DNA of 64,000 nucleotides, from NCBI RefSeq assembly GCF_046119375.1, contig NW_027362765.1, positions 118,792,001 to 118,856,000 on the forward strand, read 5' to 3'. The notes under the pieces are model-generated. The model worked only from the letters and a program-made list of their open reading frames with translations, did no database searches and was not told where the DNA came from. Shown piece by piece: positions 24,692 through 35,700 of the stretch (the first letter of the stretch is position 1; each line of letters opens with the position of its first letter). The position numbers and the translations under genes are program-made. Origin of the DNA: Phyllobates terribilis. Taxonomy: Eukaryota.

Positions 24692-24922
24692 CAGTACAGA
24701 CCAAAAGTTTGGACACACCTTCTCATTTAAAGATTTTTCTGTATTTTCATGACTATGAAAATTGTACATTCACACTGAAGGCATCAAAACTATGAATTAA
24801 CACATGTGGAATTATATACTTAACAAAAAAGTGTGAAACAACTGAAAATATGTCTTATATTCTAGGTTCTTCAAAGTAGCCACCTTTTGCTTTGATGACT
24901 GCTTTGCACACTCTTGGCATTC
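24692..24922. mobile_element. Second solo terminal fragment of the DD38E family
   Basis: TA|CAGTACAGACCAAAAGTTTGG...CACACTCTTGGCATTC, matches the 9175 TIR. Confidence 0.9.
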
Positions 24923-25762
24923 GTGTGCCCACGATGTGTTTTTTAAGCGTTGCCGCAGTGGCAAAAACGCTACAGAAACGCTTAAAAAACGCATGGTAGA
25001 AGGCCTGTCATGTTCCCCAATGATAATTCGCATGTGCTGTGCACATGCTGCGGAAATTTCCGCTGCGGATTATCATTGCGGAAAAAAAGCAGCACTACCA
25101 ATTATTTTGCTGAAGTGCAGCGTTTTCGCCACCATTGACTTGCATTAGAACGCATGGATTCCGCTTCACTATATAAGGACATGCGGAATGCACGCGTTCT
25201 AATGTGCGGATGGTACCCAGTTTAATAAAAAATAAATATGATACTTACCTTCTGGCGGCCCCCGCTGCACTCGTCCTTTCATGCCGGCAGCTAGCGATGG
25301 ACTGAAGGACCTGCGCAGACGTCAGAGTCATGTGACGGGTCACGCAACGCTGACGTCGGCAGGTCTTTCAGTGTACCGCTGCCAGCAAGGGAGAACGGAG
25401 GGAAGCAAGACACCGGGGGCCATCAGAGGGTAAGTATATATTTATTTTTTACCATTCTTTTACAGTCACACTATATAAATCCATGTCGTTTGCATGGATT
25501 TATATAGTGTGACCAAGTTGACAAGCACTTTCCAAGTGATGCTAAAATCGCTTGGAAAGCGCTTGTCAATCCGCATGCGGAAATGCATGTGAAGAACGCT
25601 TCACATCCGCATGTCCCTGGCAGGAAAACGCATGTACAATCCGCATGTACAATCTGCATGTACAATTCGCATGTACAATCCACATGCGTTTTTTCTGCCA
25701 GGGAGATGCAGAAACGCTCAGGAAAAAATCCTGAGCATTTCTGCATCGTGGGCACATAGCCT
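24923..25762. mobile_element. PIF/Harbinger-like MITE
   Basis: Inverted ends GTGCCCACGATG / CATCGTGGGCACATAGCC; same TIR family as 38374-38761. Confidence 0.7.
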
Positions 25763-26378
25763 CAAAAAGATTAATGTAAATAATAATCGTATTGTTGAAA
25801 ACGCTCCATCAGCCAAAAAATAAAAAAGTTATAGCTCTCAGAATAAAGCGATGCAAAAAAATTATTTTTTATACAAAAGAGTTTTTATTGTGTAAAAGCG
25901 CCAAAACATAAAAAAACTATATAAATGTGGTATCGCTGTAATCGTACTGACCCAAAGAATAAAGCTGCCTTATCAATTTTACCACAGGCGGAATTGCATA
26001 AAAAAAAAAAAAATCAATTTCTGAATTGTTGGTTTTCGCTTACCTCCCAAAAATCGGAATAAAAAGTGACGAAAAAATGTCATGTGCCCGAAAATGATAC
26101 CAATAAAAATGTCAACTCGTCATGCAAAAAACAAGCCATCACATGACTCTGTCGGCAGAAATATGGAAAAATTATAGCTCTAAAAATATGGCAATACTTT
26201 TTGCACAAAAAAGGGTCTTTTAGTGTGTGACAGCAGCCATACATAAAAACCCACTATAGATCTGGTATCGCTGTAATCGCACAGACCCGAAGAAAAAGGT
26301 CATCTAATCACTTACACGAGGAACGGCGTAAAAAATAAATAAAACCTATTCTTCACCTGCTGTTGATTTGTTCATGCT

Positions 26379-27451
26379 TGTAACGGGTCCGGGAGGCGGA
26401 ACCTCTGAGCTACTATACAAGGGGGCGGCCCTTGTAAGGGAGCGGGTGGCAGTCTCTGGGTGAACGGACAGGGAGTTACGGCAAGTGATCAGGGCAGTCT
26501 CTGGGTAAGGGGTAGGTACGACCTGTGATGGCAGAGCCTCCGGGTAGGCTAGCAGGCAGATGGTAGATGTGTGCTCCCAGGTGAGCAAGCGAGAGTCTCT
26601 GGAATAGCAGGTGGTCACGGCACGTGACGGCGGAACCTCCGGGCTGGCAGGCAGGTAGGTAACGGAGAAGCGCTCCCAGGTGAGCGGGCAAGAGTCTCTG
26701 GAATAGCTGGTGGTCACCGCACGTGACAACGGGACCTCCGGGCTGGCAAGCAGGCAGGTAACGGAGATGCGCTCCCAGGTGAGCGGGCAAGAGTCTCTGA
26801 GATAGCTGGTGGTCACAGCACGTGACAACGGAGCCTCCGGGCTGGCAAGCAGGCAGATAACGGAGAAGCGCTCCCAGGTGAGCGGGCAAGCTGGTCCATA
26901 GACAGACTGACCGGAGTAGTAAGGCAGACCGTCGGACCTCAGGCAAGCAGGCAGGTAGCTGATGTGCGCTCCCAGGTGAGCGGGCAGGCTGGTCCTTTAG
27001 ACAGACTGACAGGAGTAGTAAGGCAGACCGTCGGACCTCAGGCAAGCAGGCAGGTAGCTGGCAGGTAACTAGCAGGAAACTGGCATGAAACTGGCAGGTA
27101 ACTGGCAACGGGACCTGAGGGCTGAAGCACAGGTGAGACACAGGTGCAAACAACATTGCTCGGGCACCTCCATTTTGGAGGAGGTGCCTTATATATGATG
27201 AAGTCCTCCGTCCATTGGCCGGGGACTCCTTAGGACGGCGCGCGCGGCCCCTTTAAGAGGAGGGGAGCGCGCGCGCGCGCGCCCTAAGCACAGGAGCCGG
27301 GAAGGAGCGCGCGCTGAGAGCAGAGCGGGAGGAGGACGCCGGGAAGGAGCGCGCGCTGACAGCAGAGCGGGGAGAGGACGCCGGGCACGGAGCAGAGCGG
27401 TGAGGGGAGCAGCGTCCCTGCCTAGCAGAGGGCAGGGACGCCAGCGCTACA
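26379..27451 (-). repeat. 3' LTR (1073 bp)
   Basis: TGTAAC...GCTACA; differs from the 5' LTR by about 3 substitutions and one 11-bp indel (by eye). Confidence 0.96.
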
Positions 27452-30400
27452 GTACCCCCCCCTTTAGGCCCCCCCTTTTTTAGGCCAGACAGAAATTTAG
27501 CTAGGATGAGAGGGGCATGGATGTTCTCCCGGGGCTCCCACGTTCTCTCCTCAGGACCAAACCCCTTCCAATCTACCAGAAAAAAGGTCTTTCCTCTTAC
27601 CCTTTTGGTGGCAAGAATGTTCTCTACCTCAAACTCGTCCTCAGCAGAAACCGGAGCAGGAGGCGTACCTGTAGACTTGGAAAAAGAGTTAAGCACCACA
27701 GGTTTGAGGAGAGACACATGGAAGGAGTTAGGGATCCGTAAGTTGGCCGGGAGTTTCAATTTATAGGCCACCGGGTTGATCTGACTGATGACCTCCAGTG
27801 GGCCGATGAACCGAGGCCCTAACTTATAGGAAGGGATCTTGAGCCGGACATATTTGGACGAGAGCCAGACTTTATCCCCAGGGCGGAATTGAGGAGGGTC
27901 CAGACGTTTTTTGTCAGCGTGTCTTTTCATACGCTCGGATGACAGAAGGAGTGCGGACCGGGTACTCTCCCATATGGAGGAAAATTTGTTAACAAGAGAT
28001 TCCGCAGCCGGATTGTCCGCCGAGGTGGAGACGGGAAACGGGATCCGAGGATGCTGACCGTAGACTACAAAAAACGGGGATTTGGAGGAAGACTCGCTCT
28101 CGTGATTGTTGTACGAGAATTCGGCCCATGGCAGGAGATCCACCCAGTCAGAATGGTGGGCATTAACGAAGTGCCGAAGGTAACTGGTCAGGTTCTGATT
28201 GATCCGCTCCACTTGACCATTAGACTGTGGGTGGTAAGCGGAGGAGAAGTCCAGGGTGACGTCCAGCAATTTACAAGTGGCTCTCCAGAAACGGGAAGTG
28301 AACTGTACCCCACGATCCGACACGATGTGACGGGGCAGGCCATGAAGACGGAAGATGTGGCGGATAAAGTCTTTAGCCAGCTCGGGTGCAGACGGAAGAC
28401 CTGGCAGTGGAATGAAGTGAGCCATCTTGGAGAAGCGGTCAGCGACCACCCAAATGACCGTACAACCGGCAGAGACGGGTAGATCAGTAATGAAGTCCAT
28501 CGCTATATGCTGCCAGGGGGCAGCAGGTACTGGCAGAGGTAGGAGGCGGCCGGCCGGCAGGTGTCTCGGAACTTTGTTGCGGGCGCAGGACACACAGGCA
28601 GAAACAAAGTCTATTACATCCTTGTGCAGGTTAGGCCACCAGTAGTGCCGGGTAATAAGCTGGAGGGTCTTTTTCTGACCGGCGTGGCCAGCTAGTTTAG
28701 ACGAATGACCCCAGTGTAGGATCTTCTCCCGATCAGGTACTGGTACGAACGTCTTACCAGGAGGAAGACGATTTAGACTCACGGGAGCCACCTGCATTAC
28801 TCTGGCGGGATCGATGATATGTTTCGGATCCTCCTCGAGATCAGACACCAGAAAGGACCGAGACAAGGCGTCCGCCTTGACGTTTTTGTCAGCCGGGCGA
28901 AAATGAAGGACAAAATCAAAACGAGCAAAAAACAAGGACCACCGGGCTTGGCGCGGGTTAAGTCTCTGGGCATGCTGGAGGTAAGCCAAGTTCTTGTGGT
29001 CAGTGTAAATTATTACCGGGTGAAGAGCCCCCTCGAGCAGGTAACGCCACTCCTCCAATGCCAGTTTGATGGCCAATAACTCTCGGTCTCCTATGGAATA
29101 GTTGCGCTCAGAGGAGGAGAAGAGTTTAGAGAAGAAGCCACAAGTTACCATCCTCCCGGAAGATGATTTTTGAGTAAGTACCGCTCCGGCTCCAGAGGAG
29201 GAGGCGTCAACTTCCAGGAAGAACTGCTTGTTGCCATCTGGGCGATGCAGCACCGGGGCGGAAGAGAAGGCCTGTTTAAGGGAAAGAAAGGCCTCCTCTG
29301 CTTCGGGTGGCCACTCTTTGGGATTAGTACCTTTACGGGTGAGCGCAGAAATTGGGGCCGTCCGGGAAGAGAAGTGTGGTATGAAGAGGCGGTAGTAGTT
29401 GGCGAAGCCCAGGAATCGCTGAATGGCCTTCAACCCCTCCGGTCGGGGCCATTTCTCGATGGCAGACAGTTTCTCAGGATCCATTTGTAGGCCGGTCTGA
29501 GAGATAATGTAGCCCAGAAACGGAAGCGAGGTCTGCTCAAAGAGGCACTTCTCAAATTTAGCGTAGAGATGGTTCTGCCTTAGCCTGAGCAGGACCTGAC
29601 GAACGTCCCTCCGGTGAGTCTGGAGATCCGGAGAGAAGACCAAGATGTCGTCCAGGTACACCACTACGCAGGAGTAGAGAAGGTCCCGGAAGATGTCATT
29701 GACCAACTCTTGAAAGACGGCAGGAGCGTTACAGAGACCAAAGGGCATTACCAGGTATTCATAGTGGCCGTCCCGGGTGTTGAATGCCGTCTTCCATTCA
29801 TCCCCCTGACGAATACGAACCAGGTTGTACGCCCCACGAAGGTCCAGTTTGGTGAAGATCCTAGCCCCCCTCAGGCGATCAAATAATTCTGGAATGAGCG
29901 GAAGGGGGTACTTATTCTTCACCGTGATCAGGTTTAGGCCTCTATAGTCTATACAGGGACGGAGAGAGCCGTCCTTCTTTTTGACGAAAAAGAAGCCTGC
30001 TCCCGCCGGGGAGGTAGATTTCCGGATGAATCCTCTGGCCAGATTCTCCTCAATATATTCGGACATTGACCGGGTCTCAGCAGCGGATAAAGGATAGATA
30101 CGCCCACGGGGAGGAGTAGTACCGGGTAGCAGATCGATGGGACAGTCGTATGGTCTATGTGGTGGTAATGTCTCTGCCTCCTTTTTATTAAAGACATCTG
30201 CATAAGACCAATAAGGAATCGGAAGTCCAGGTAGATTAGCTGGGGTAGGAGAGGGACGGACGGGATGGACGGGAACCAGGCAGGTTTTATGACAGTCTTG
30301 TCCCCAGCGAAGGACCTCTCCGGTTTGCCAGTCTAGCACGGGTGCATGTCTCTGGAGCCAGGGCAGACCTAGCAAGAGGGCGTGAGAGAGTCCAGGCAGA

Positions 30401-30648
30401 ACATGAAAGGAGATACTTTCAGAATGCAGCATTCCCACCTGCAGGGTAATGGATTCGGTGATGAGTTGAATGGGGCGAGGTAAGAGGCCCCCATCCACGG
30501 CAGCGACAGACAAGGGTACAGCCAGAGGTTTGGTGGGGATGCGGTATTTCTCAACCAGGGACTGTGAAATAAGGTTCCCGGCTGCTCCAGAGTCAAGTTG
30601 GGCTAGTTCGAAATAACGGTTCTCCCCGTAGATGATCGAAACTGACAA
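27253..30648 (-). CDS. pol: Pol polyprotein (protease, RT, RNase H, integrase, chromodomain), expressed by -1 frameshift from gag
   Basis: LDSGA protease; YLDD RT; EVDAS RNase H; HHCC and MDF/SDRG/NGQVE integrase; GPY/F-like GPL; chromodomain FEVENILATKRVRGKTFFLVDWKGFGPEERTWEP. No stops over 1131 codons; the frame stays open upstream to the slip site at 30720. Confidence 0.96.
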   Translation of the reverse strand: MSVSIIYGENRYFELAQLDSGAAGNLISQSLVEKYRIPTKPLAVPLSVAAVDGGLLPRPIQLITESITLQVGMLHSESISFHVLPGLSHALLLGLPWLQRHAPVLDWQTGEVLRWGQDCHKTCLVPVHPVRPSPTPANLPGLPIPYWSYADVFNKKEAETLPPHRPYDCPIDLLPGTTPPRGRIYPLSAAETRSMSEYIEENLARGFIRKSTSPAGAGFFFVKKKDGSLRPCIDYRGLNLITVKNKYPLPLIPELFDRLRGARIFTKLDLRGAYNLVRIRQGDEWKTAFNTRDGHYEYLVMPFGLCNAPAVFQELVNDIFRDLLYSCVVVYLDDILVFSPDLQTHRRDVRQVLLRLRQNHLYAKFEKCLFEQTSLPFLGYIISQTGLQMDPEKLSAIEKWPRPEGLKAIQRFLGFANYYRLFIPHFSSRTAPISALTRKGTNPKEWPPEAEEAFLSLKQAFSSAPVLHRPDGNKQFFLEVDASSSGAGAVLTQKSSSGRMVTCGFFSKLFSSSERNYSIGDRELLAIKLALEEWRYLLEGALHPVIIYTDHKNLAYLQHAQRLNPRQARWSLFFARFDFVLHFRPADKNVKADALSRSFLVSDLEEDPKHIIDPARVMQVAPVSLNRLPPGKTFVPVPDREKILHWGHSSKLAGHAGQKKTLQLITRHYWWPNLHKDVIDFVSACVSCARNKVPRHLPAGRLLPLPVPAAPWQHIAMDFITDLPVSAGCTVIWVVADRFSKMAHFIPLPGLPSAPELAKDFIRHIFRLHGLPRHIVSDRGVQFTSRFWRATCKLLDVTLDFSSAYHPQSNGQVERINQNLTSYLRHFVNAHHSDWVDLLPWAEFSYNNHESESSSKSPFFVVYGQHPRIPFPVSTSADNPAAESLVNKFSSIWESTRSALLLSSERMKRHADKKRLDPPQFRPGDKVWLSSKYVRLKIPSYKLGPRFIGPLEVISQINPVAYKLKLPANLRIPNSFHVSLLKPVVLNSFSKSTGTPPAPVSAEDEFEVENILATKRVRGKTFFLVDWKGFGPEERTWEPRENIHAPLILAKFLSGLKKGGPKGGGTVALASLPSARQGRCSPHRSAPCPASSPRSAVSARSFPASSSRSALSARSFPAPVLRARARALPSS
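27455..27465 (-). other. Polypurine tract
   Basis: AAAGGGGGGGG on the minus strand, 3 nt before the 3' LTR. Confidence 0.85.
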
Positions 30649-30659
30649 CAGCAGGGATG

Positions 30660-30720
30660 GAGAAGATTTATTCTTGTCTAGGTGGACCTCTCTGAGCGAA
30701 CCTAGACACAGGCGTTTCCC
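30660..30720 (-). promoter_or_regulatory. -1 ribosomal frameshift cassette
   Basis: G GGA AAC at 30720-30714; 9-bp stem TGTCTAGGT/ACCTAGACA starting 5 nt downstream; -1 frame is continuous with pol. Confidence 0.88.
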
Positions 30721-31652
30721 GACCTCTCCGGGCAGGCACGGATCCGGTGCTCCTTACTGCCACAGTAGAAGCAGCTCCCCTCGGCACGGCGTGAGTCCTG
30801 ACGGGTTTTGACCATCTTGGTCTGGTCGACCTGCATAGGCTCAGGAGAGTGTACCTGGGGAGAGATGGAGGAAATGACGGGTTTCTGGAAAGTAGGAGCT
30901 AAACGTGGAATCCTTCTCTCACGGGTGACCTCTTTGGCACGCTCCTGGAACCGTAGGTCAATCCGGGTGGCAAGGGTTATTAGATCATCGAGAGAGGTAG
31001 GAATGTCCCGACCAGCAAGTTCATCTTTAATACGACCGGACAGACCCTCCCAGAAGACGGATACCAGAGCGTCGTTATCCCAGGCCAGCTCCGAGGCAAG
31101 GGTGCGGAACCGTATGGCATATTGGCCCACGGTGAGACCCTCCTGACGGAGGCGTAGCAGAGAGGATGCGGATGAGGTCTTCCGTCCGGGTTCGTCGAAG
31201 ACTTTCCGGAAAGCCGAGAGAAAAGCAGGCAAGTTGGACACCAGGGGGTCTCCTCTCTCCCATAGAGGATTTAGCCAGGCCAGGGCCTCCCCGGTGAGAT
31301 GGGACATGATAAAGGCAATTTTGGCCCGGTCGGAATTAAACTGATGGGACAAAAGTTCAAAGTGCAGGGTGCACTGATTTATGAAGCCCCGAGCCTGGAC
31401 GGAGTCGCCTCCGAAGCGAGGAGGTGCAGACAGCCGGGGACCGGGATAGGTTACCATGGTATTAGTGGGTAGCGGAGCTGCCGGGTTGCGAGTCATGGTA
31501 CTGGCAGTGGCTGCAGGTGGTGCAGTCAGAGTGTCCAGGCGAGTATTGACATTCCGCAGGTGACCCAGGATGGACTCCTGTTGGGACCTTTGACGGGACA
31601 GTTCATGACACAGGTCCGTGAGCGAGGGAGCTTGGGTGCCACCGGGTTCCAT
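30702..31652 (-). CDS. gag: Gag (capsid-like domain plus CCHC zinc knuckle), 316 aa
   Basis: ATG at 31652; PPRFGGD...ARGFINQC...KIAFIMSHLTGEALAW; LRQEG; CFYCGSKEHRIRAC (CX2CX4HX4C). Confidence 0.95.
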   Translation of the reverse strand: MEPGGTQAPSLTDLCHELSRQRSQQESILGHLRNVNTRLDTLTAPPAATASTMTRNPAAPLPTNTMVTYPGPRLSAPPRFGGDSVQARGFINQCTLHFELLSHQFNSDRAKIAFIMSHLTGEALAWLNPLWERGDPLVSNLPAFLSAFRKVFDEPGRKTSSASSLLRLRQEGLTVGQYAIRFRTLASELAWDNDALVSVFWEGLSGRIKDELAGRDIPTSLDDLITLATRIDLRFQERAKEVTRERRIPRLAPTFQKPVISSISPQVHSPEPMQVDQTKMVKTRQDSRRAEGSCFYCGSKEHRIRACPERSGNACV

Positions 31653-31665
31653 GGCCCGAACAAAC

Positions 31666-32727
31666 TGTAACGGGTCCGGGAGGCGGAACCTCTGAGCTAC
31701 TATACAAGGGGGCGGCCCTTGTAAGGGAGCGGGTGGCAGTCTCTGGGTGAACGGACAGGGAGTTACGGCAAGTGATCAGGGCAGTCTCTGGGTAAGGGGT
31801 AGGTACGACCTGTGATGGCAGAGCCTCCGGGTAGGCTAGCAGGCAGATGGTAGATGTGTGCTCCCAGGTGAGCAAGCGAGAGTCTCTGGAATAGCAGGTG
31901 GTCACGGCACGTGACGGCGGAACCTCCGGGCTGGCAGGCAGGTAGGTAACGGAGAAGCGCTCCCAGGTGAGCGGGCAAGAGTCTCTGGAATAGCTGGTGG
32001 TCACCGCACGTGACAACGGGACCTCCGGGCTGGCAAGCAGGCAGGTAACGGAGATGCGCTCCCAGGTGAGCGGGCAAGAGTCTCTGAGATAGCTGGTGGT
32101 CACAGCACGTGACAACGGAGCCTCCGGGCTGGCAAGCAGGCAGATAACGGAGAAGCGCTCCCAGGTGAGCGTGCAAGCTGGTCCATAGACAGACTGACTG
32201 GAGTAGTAAGGCAGACCGTCGGACCTCAGGCAAGCAGGCAGGTAGCTGATGTGCGCTCCCAGGTGAGCGGGCAGGCTGGTCCTTTAGACAGACTGACAGG
32301 AGTAGTAAGGCAGACCGTCGGACCTCAGGCAAGCAGGCAGGTAGCTGGCAGGTAACTAGCAGGAAACTGGCAGGTAACTGGCAACGGGACCTGAGGGCTG
32401 AAGCACAGGTGAGACACAGGTGCAAACAACATTGCTCGGGCACCTCCATTTTGGAGGAGGTGCCTTATATATGATGAAGTCCTCCGGCCATTGGCCGGGG
32501 ACTCCTTAGGACGGCGCGCGCGGCCCCTTTAAGAGGAGGGGAGCGCGCGCGCGCGCGCCCTAAGCACAGGAGCCGGGAAGGAGCGCGCGCTGAGAGCAGA
32601 GCGGGAGGAGGACGCCGGGAAGGAGCGCGCGCTGACAGCAGAGCGGGGAGAGGACGCCGGGCACGGAGCAGAGCGGTGAGGGGAGCAGCGTCCCTGCCTA
32701 GCAGAGGGCAGGGACGCCAGCGCTACA
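31666..32727 (-). repeat. 5' LTR (1062 bp) with CCAAT and TATA
   Basis: TATATAA at 32471-32465 and CCAAT ~32490 on the minus strand; GC-rich U3; tandem-repeat-rich R/U5. Confidence 0.96.
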
Positions 32728-35700
32728 ATGCTGCCTCCCAAAGATCGCAGTATGGCTCGGCTCACATTTATCCTGCGCTCTACACTGGGGTTTCCGTGTA
32801 AATCTCTGAAATAAGTGATTCAGAAGGAGCCTCCGGCAGATGATTCCATATAATGAGGCAGATGGAGGCACTGTAGACGCCATCTGGCCTGTGATCCCAC
32901 GGTGTCCGTCTTTTTATTAGGCGTGCATAAAAGTGCCGTTGGCCTCAGTTTTGTGCACCTCTGAAAACAAAGGTCTCCAGAGTAACTCTGCTGCCTCACT
33001 ATAGTGAATTGCTCCCTCGGGGGTTTCATCTGAATTACGTCACTCAGAGATTTAAATGGAAACCCCAATATCAGTGCTCAGCGTAGAGCACAGGATAAAT
33101 GGGAATATTTTACATAACATTTTAGATCACAATAAAAGCTTCGACTCAATCCACAAAAATGCAAGTCCCCACTCAGGTCTGTCATCTGTTAACGGAAATA
33201 TAGGGGACTTCCACGTTACTGATAGCACAAAGGCTCTGGAAAAGCAAAATGGCTCTTGCTCCCCAAAAAGAAATTTAGAAAATTCTGTGCTCCCAAATCC
33301 AAATGCCCACCTCCCTTCTGAGCCCCAGTGTGCCTAAACTGCAGTTAGTGTCCACTTTTTGGCATTTGTGTAGCGATGAGAGCCCGCCTAATTTACAGGT
33401 GCATGTCTCCAGAAGCATGAGCTGAGCATAACGTACTGGTCACTACAATGTACTGGTCACTACAACGGCAGTTTGCAATTTTTACTCAGCAACATCCACT
33501 GCTGCTTGTTTCTGGAAAAGACCCATGGAGTTAAAATCCTCACCACATCTGTAGATAAATTCCCAAAGAGGTATAATTTTCTAAGTGGGGTCACTTGAGG
33601 GGGGATTTTGCTCTTCTTGCACTTAGAGGCTCTGTGTATGGAGTCCACAAACTATTCTAGGAAAATCTGCGCTCCAGGAGGCAAATAGCACTCCCGAGCC
33701 TTGCCGTGTGGCAAAGTAGTACTGAACAGCCAGATTTGGGATATTTCTACATTCAGCAGAAATTGTGGGACAAATTTTGGTGCCATTTTTATCCATTTCC
33801 TAGTGTGAAAATGTAACATCTGGGGCTAAAAACAAAACTTTGGTGGTAAAAATGTAATTATTCTTTCTTCACTGCCCATTGGTATAAAACTCTGTGAGGC
33901 ACATGTGGTGTCAACATGCTCATTGCATCCCTAGATGAATTCTAGTTTGTAAAATAGGGTCTCTTATGTGAGGTTCTGCTGTTTTGGCAGCTCAGGGGCT
34001 CTGCCAATGTGACATGGCATCGTCAAAGCAGTCCAGCAAAATATGAACTCTAATATGGCGCTCCTTCCCTTCTGAACTTTCCCCCGTGCCTCAAAAGTAT
34101 TTTTTGACCCCATATATGGGGTATCGGCGTACTCAGGAGAAATTGCATAACAAATTTTGGGGTCCATTTTCTCCTGCTGTCCTAGTGAAAATGAAAAAAA
34201 TTGGAGGCTAAAACAACATTTTTGTGGGAAAAATATTTTTTTCCCATTTTCACAGATTAACGTTGTAAAATTATGTGAAGCACCTGTGAGTTCAAGGTGA
34301 TCACCACACACTTAGATAAATTCCTTCAGGGGTCTAGTTTCCTAACTGGGATCACTTGTGGAGGTTTTCCACTGTTTATGCACATCAGGGGCTCTCCAAA
34401 TGGGACATGACACCCACAGACTATTCTATCAAAGTCTACATTCCAAACCGCCACTCCTTCTTATCTGAGCTCTGCCGTGCACCCAAACTGTAGTTTACCC
34501 CAACATATGGGGTATCTGCATACTCAGGAGAAATTGCACAATGAATTTTGGGTTTCATTTTCTTCTGTTACCGTTGGGAAAATCAAAAAAATTGGTGCTA
34601 AAAGTATATTTTTGTTGGAAAAATGTGATTTTTTTTTATTTTCACAACTCTGTTATAAACTTCTGTGAAGCATCTGGGGGTTCAAGGTGCTCACCACACA
34701 TCTAGATAAGCTCCCTGCCCTGAGGGGCCTAGTTTCCAAAATGGTGTCACTTGTGGGGGGTTTCCACTGTTTAGGCAAATCAGGGGATCTCCAAATGCGA
34801 CATGGCGTCTGCTAATTATTCTTGCAAATTTTGCATTCAAAAAGTCAAATGGCGCTCCTTCCCTTCCGAGCCCTGCCGGGCGCCTAAACAGTGGTTTTCC
34901 CACACATATGGGGTATTGGCGTGCTCAGGAGAAATTGAATAACAAATTTTGGGGTGCATTTTTTCCTGTTATTCTTGTGAAAATAAAAAAATGTGGGCCT
35001 GAAGTAAAATGTTTGTGAAAAAAAAAGTTAAATGTTAATTTTTTTCTTCCAGGTTCCAAAAATTCCTGTGAAGCACCAGAAGGGTTAATAAACTTCTTGA
35101 ATGTGGTTTTGAGCACCTTGAGAGGTGCAGTTTTAGAATAGTGTCACTTTTGGGTATGTTCTGTCATATAGTCACTTCAAATGGTTTTGTAAATTTTGTT
35201 GGAAAAATGAGAAATCGCTGGTCAATTTTTAACCCTTATAACTTCCTAACAAAAAAAAATGTTATTTTATGAACTATTTTGTGTGACATAACTCTCTGAT
35301 TTAAGGACACAAAAATTAAGTTTTTTAATTGTTTGCCAATATTCCATTTTTTTTCACATATAAACTCAAAAAATATCAATCAAATTTTACCACTATCATG
35401 AAGTACAATATGTCACGGAAAAACAATCTCAGAATCAGGGGGATCCTTTGAAGTATTCCAGAGTTATTACCTCATAAAGTGACACTGGTCAGATTTGGCC
35501 TGGTTAGGAAGGTGAAAACAGCCTTGGGGGGCGAAGGGGTTAATGGATGTGACTATGACAATATCCATCTTACTGACGCCTCATTGGGACAGTCATACTC
35601 TGGGTGCAAAAGCCAAAAACACTGTTGTTATAGTGGACTGAAATAACGCCATACACGAGATAGGATGAACGTTCAGACAGCTGACAGCTCCCATCCTCCC

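Larger units (their letters stand above)
26379..32727 (-). mobile_element. Full-length Ty3/Gypsy chromovirus (Sushi/Tf1-like) LTR retrotransposon, 6349 bp
   Basis: TSD ATGCT at 26374-26378 and 32728-32732; TG...CA LTRs; gag, pol, PPT and PBS-like site present. Confidence 0.97.
25763..35543. mobile_element. Large non-autonomous Kolobok-like DNA transposon interrupted by the Gypsy insertion
   Basis: Right end GAAGGGG|TTAA at 35533-35543; internal subrepeats (GGGGTCACTTGTGGGG, GAAATTGCACAACAAATTTTGGG); similar to 53056-54458. Left end not found. Confidence 0.65.

Noticed and set aside
26346-27156. 160-228 aa ORFs within both LTRs as independent accessory genes
   Set aside because: They derive from GC-rich tandem repeats, change frame between the two LTRs, and show no recognisable domain; kept only as a leader-ORF note.
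31648-31665. Conventional tRNA primer-binding site
   Set aside because: There is no TGG next to the LTR end; the sequence instead matches the element's own predicted 5' end.
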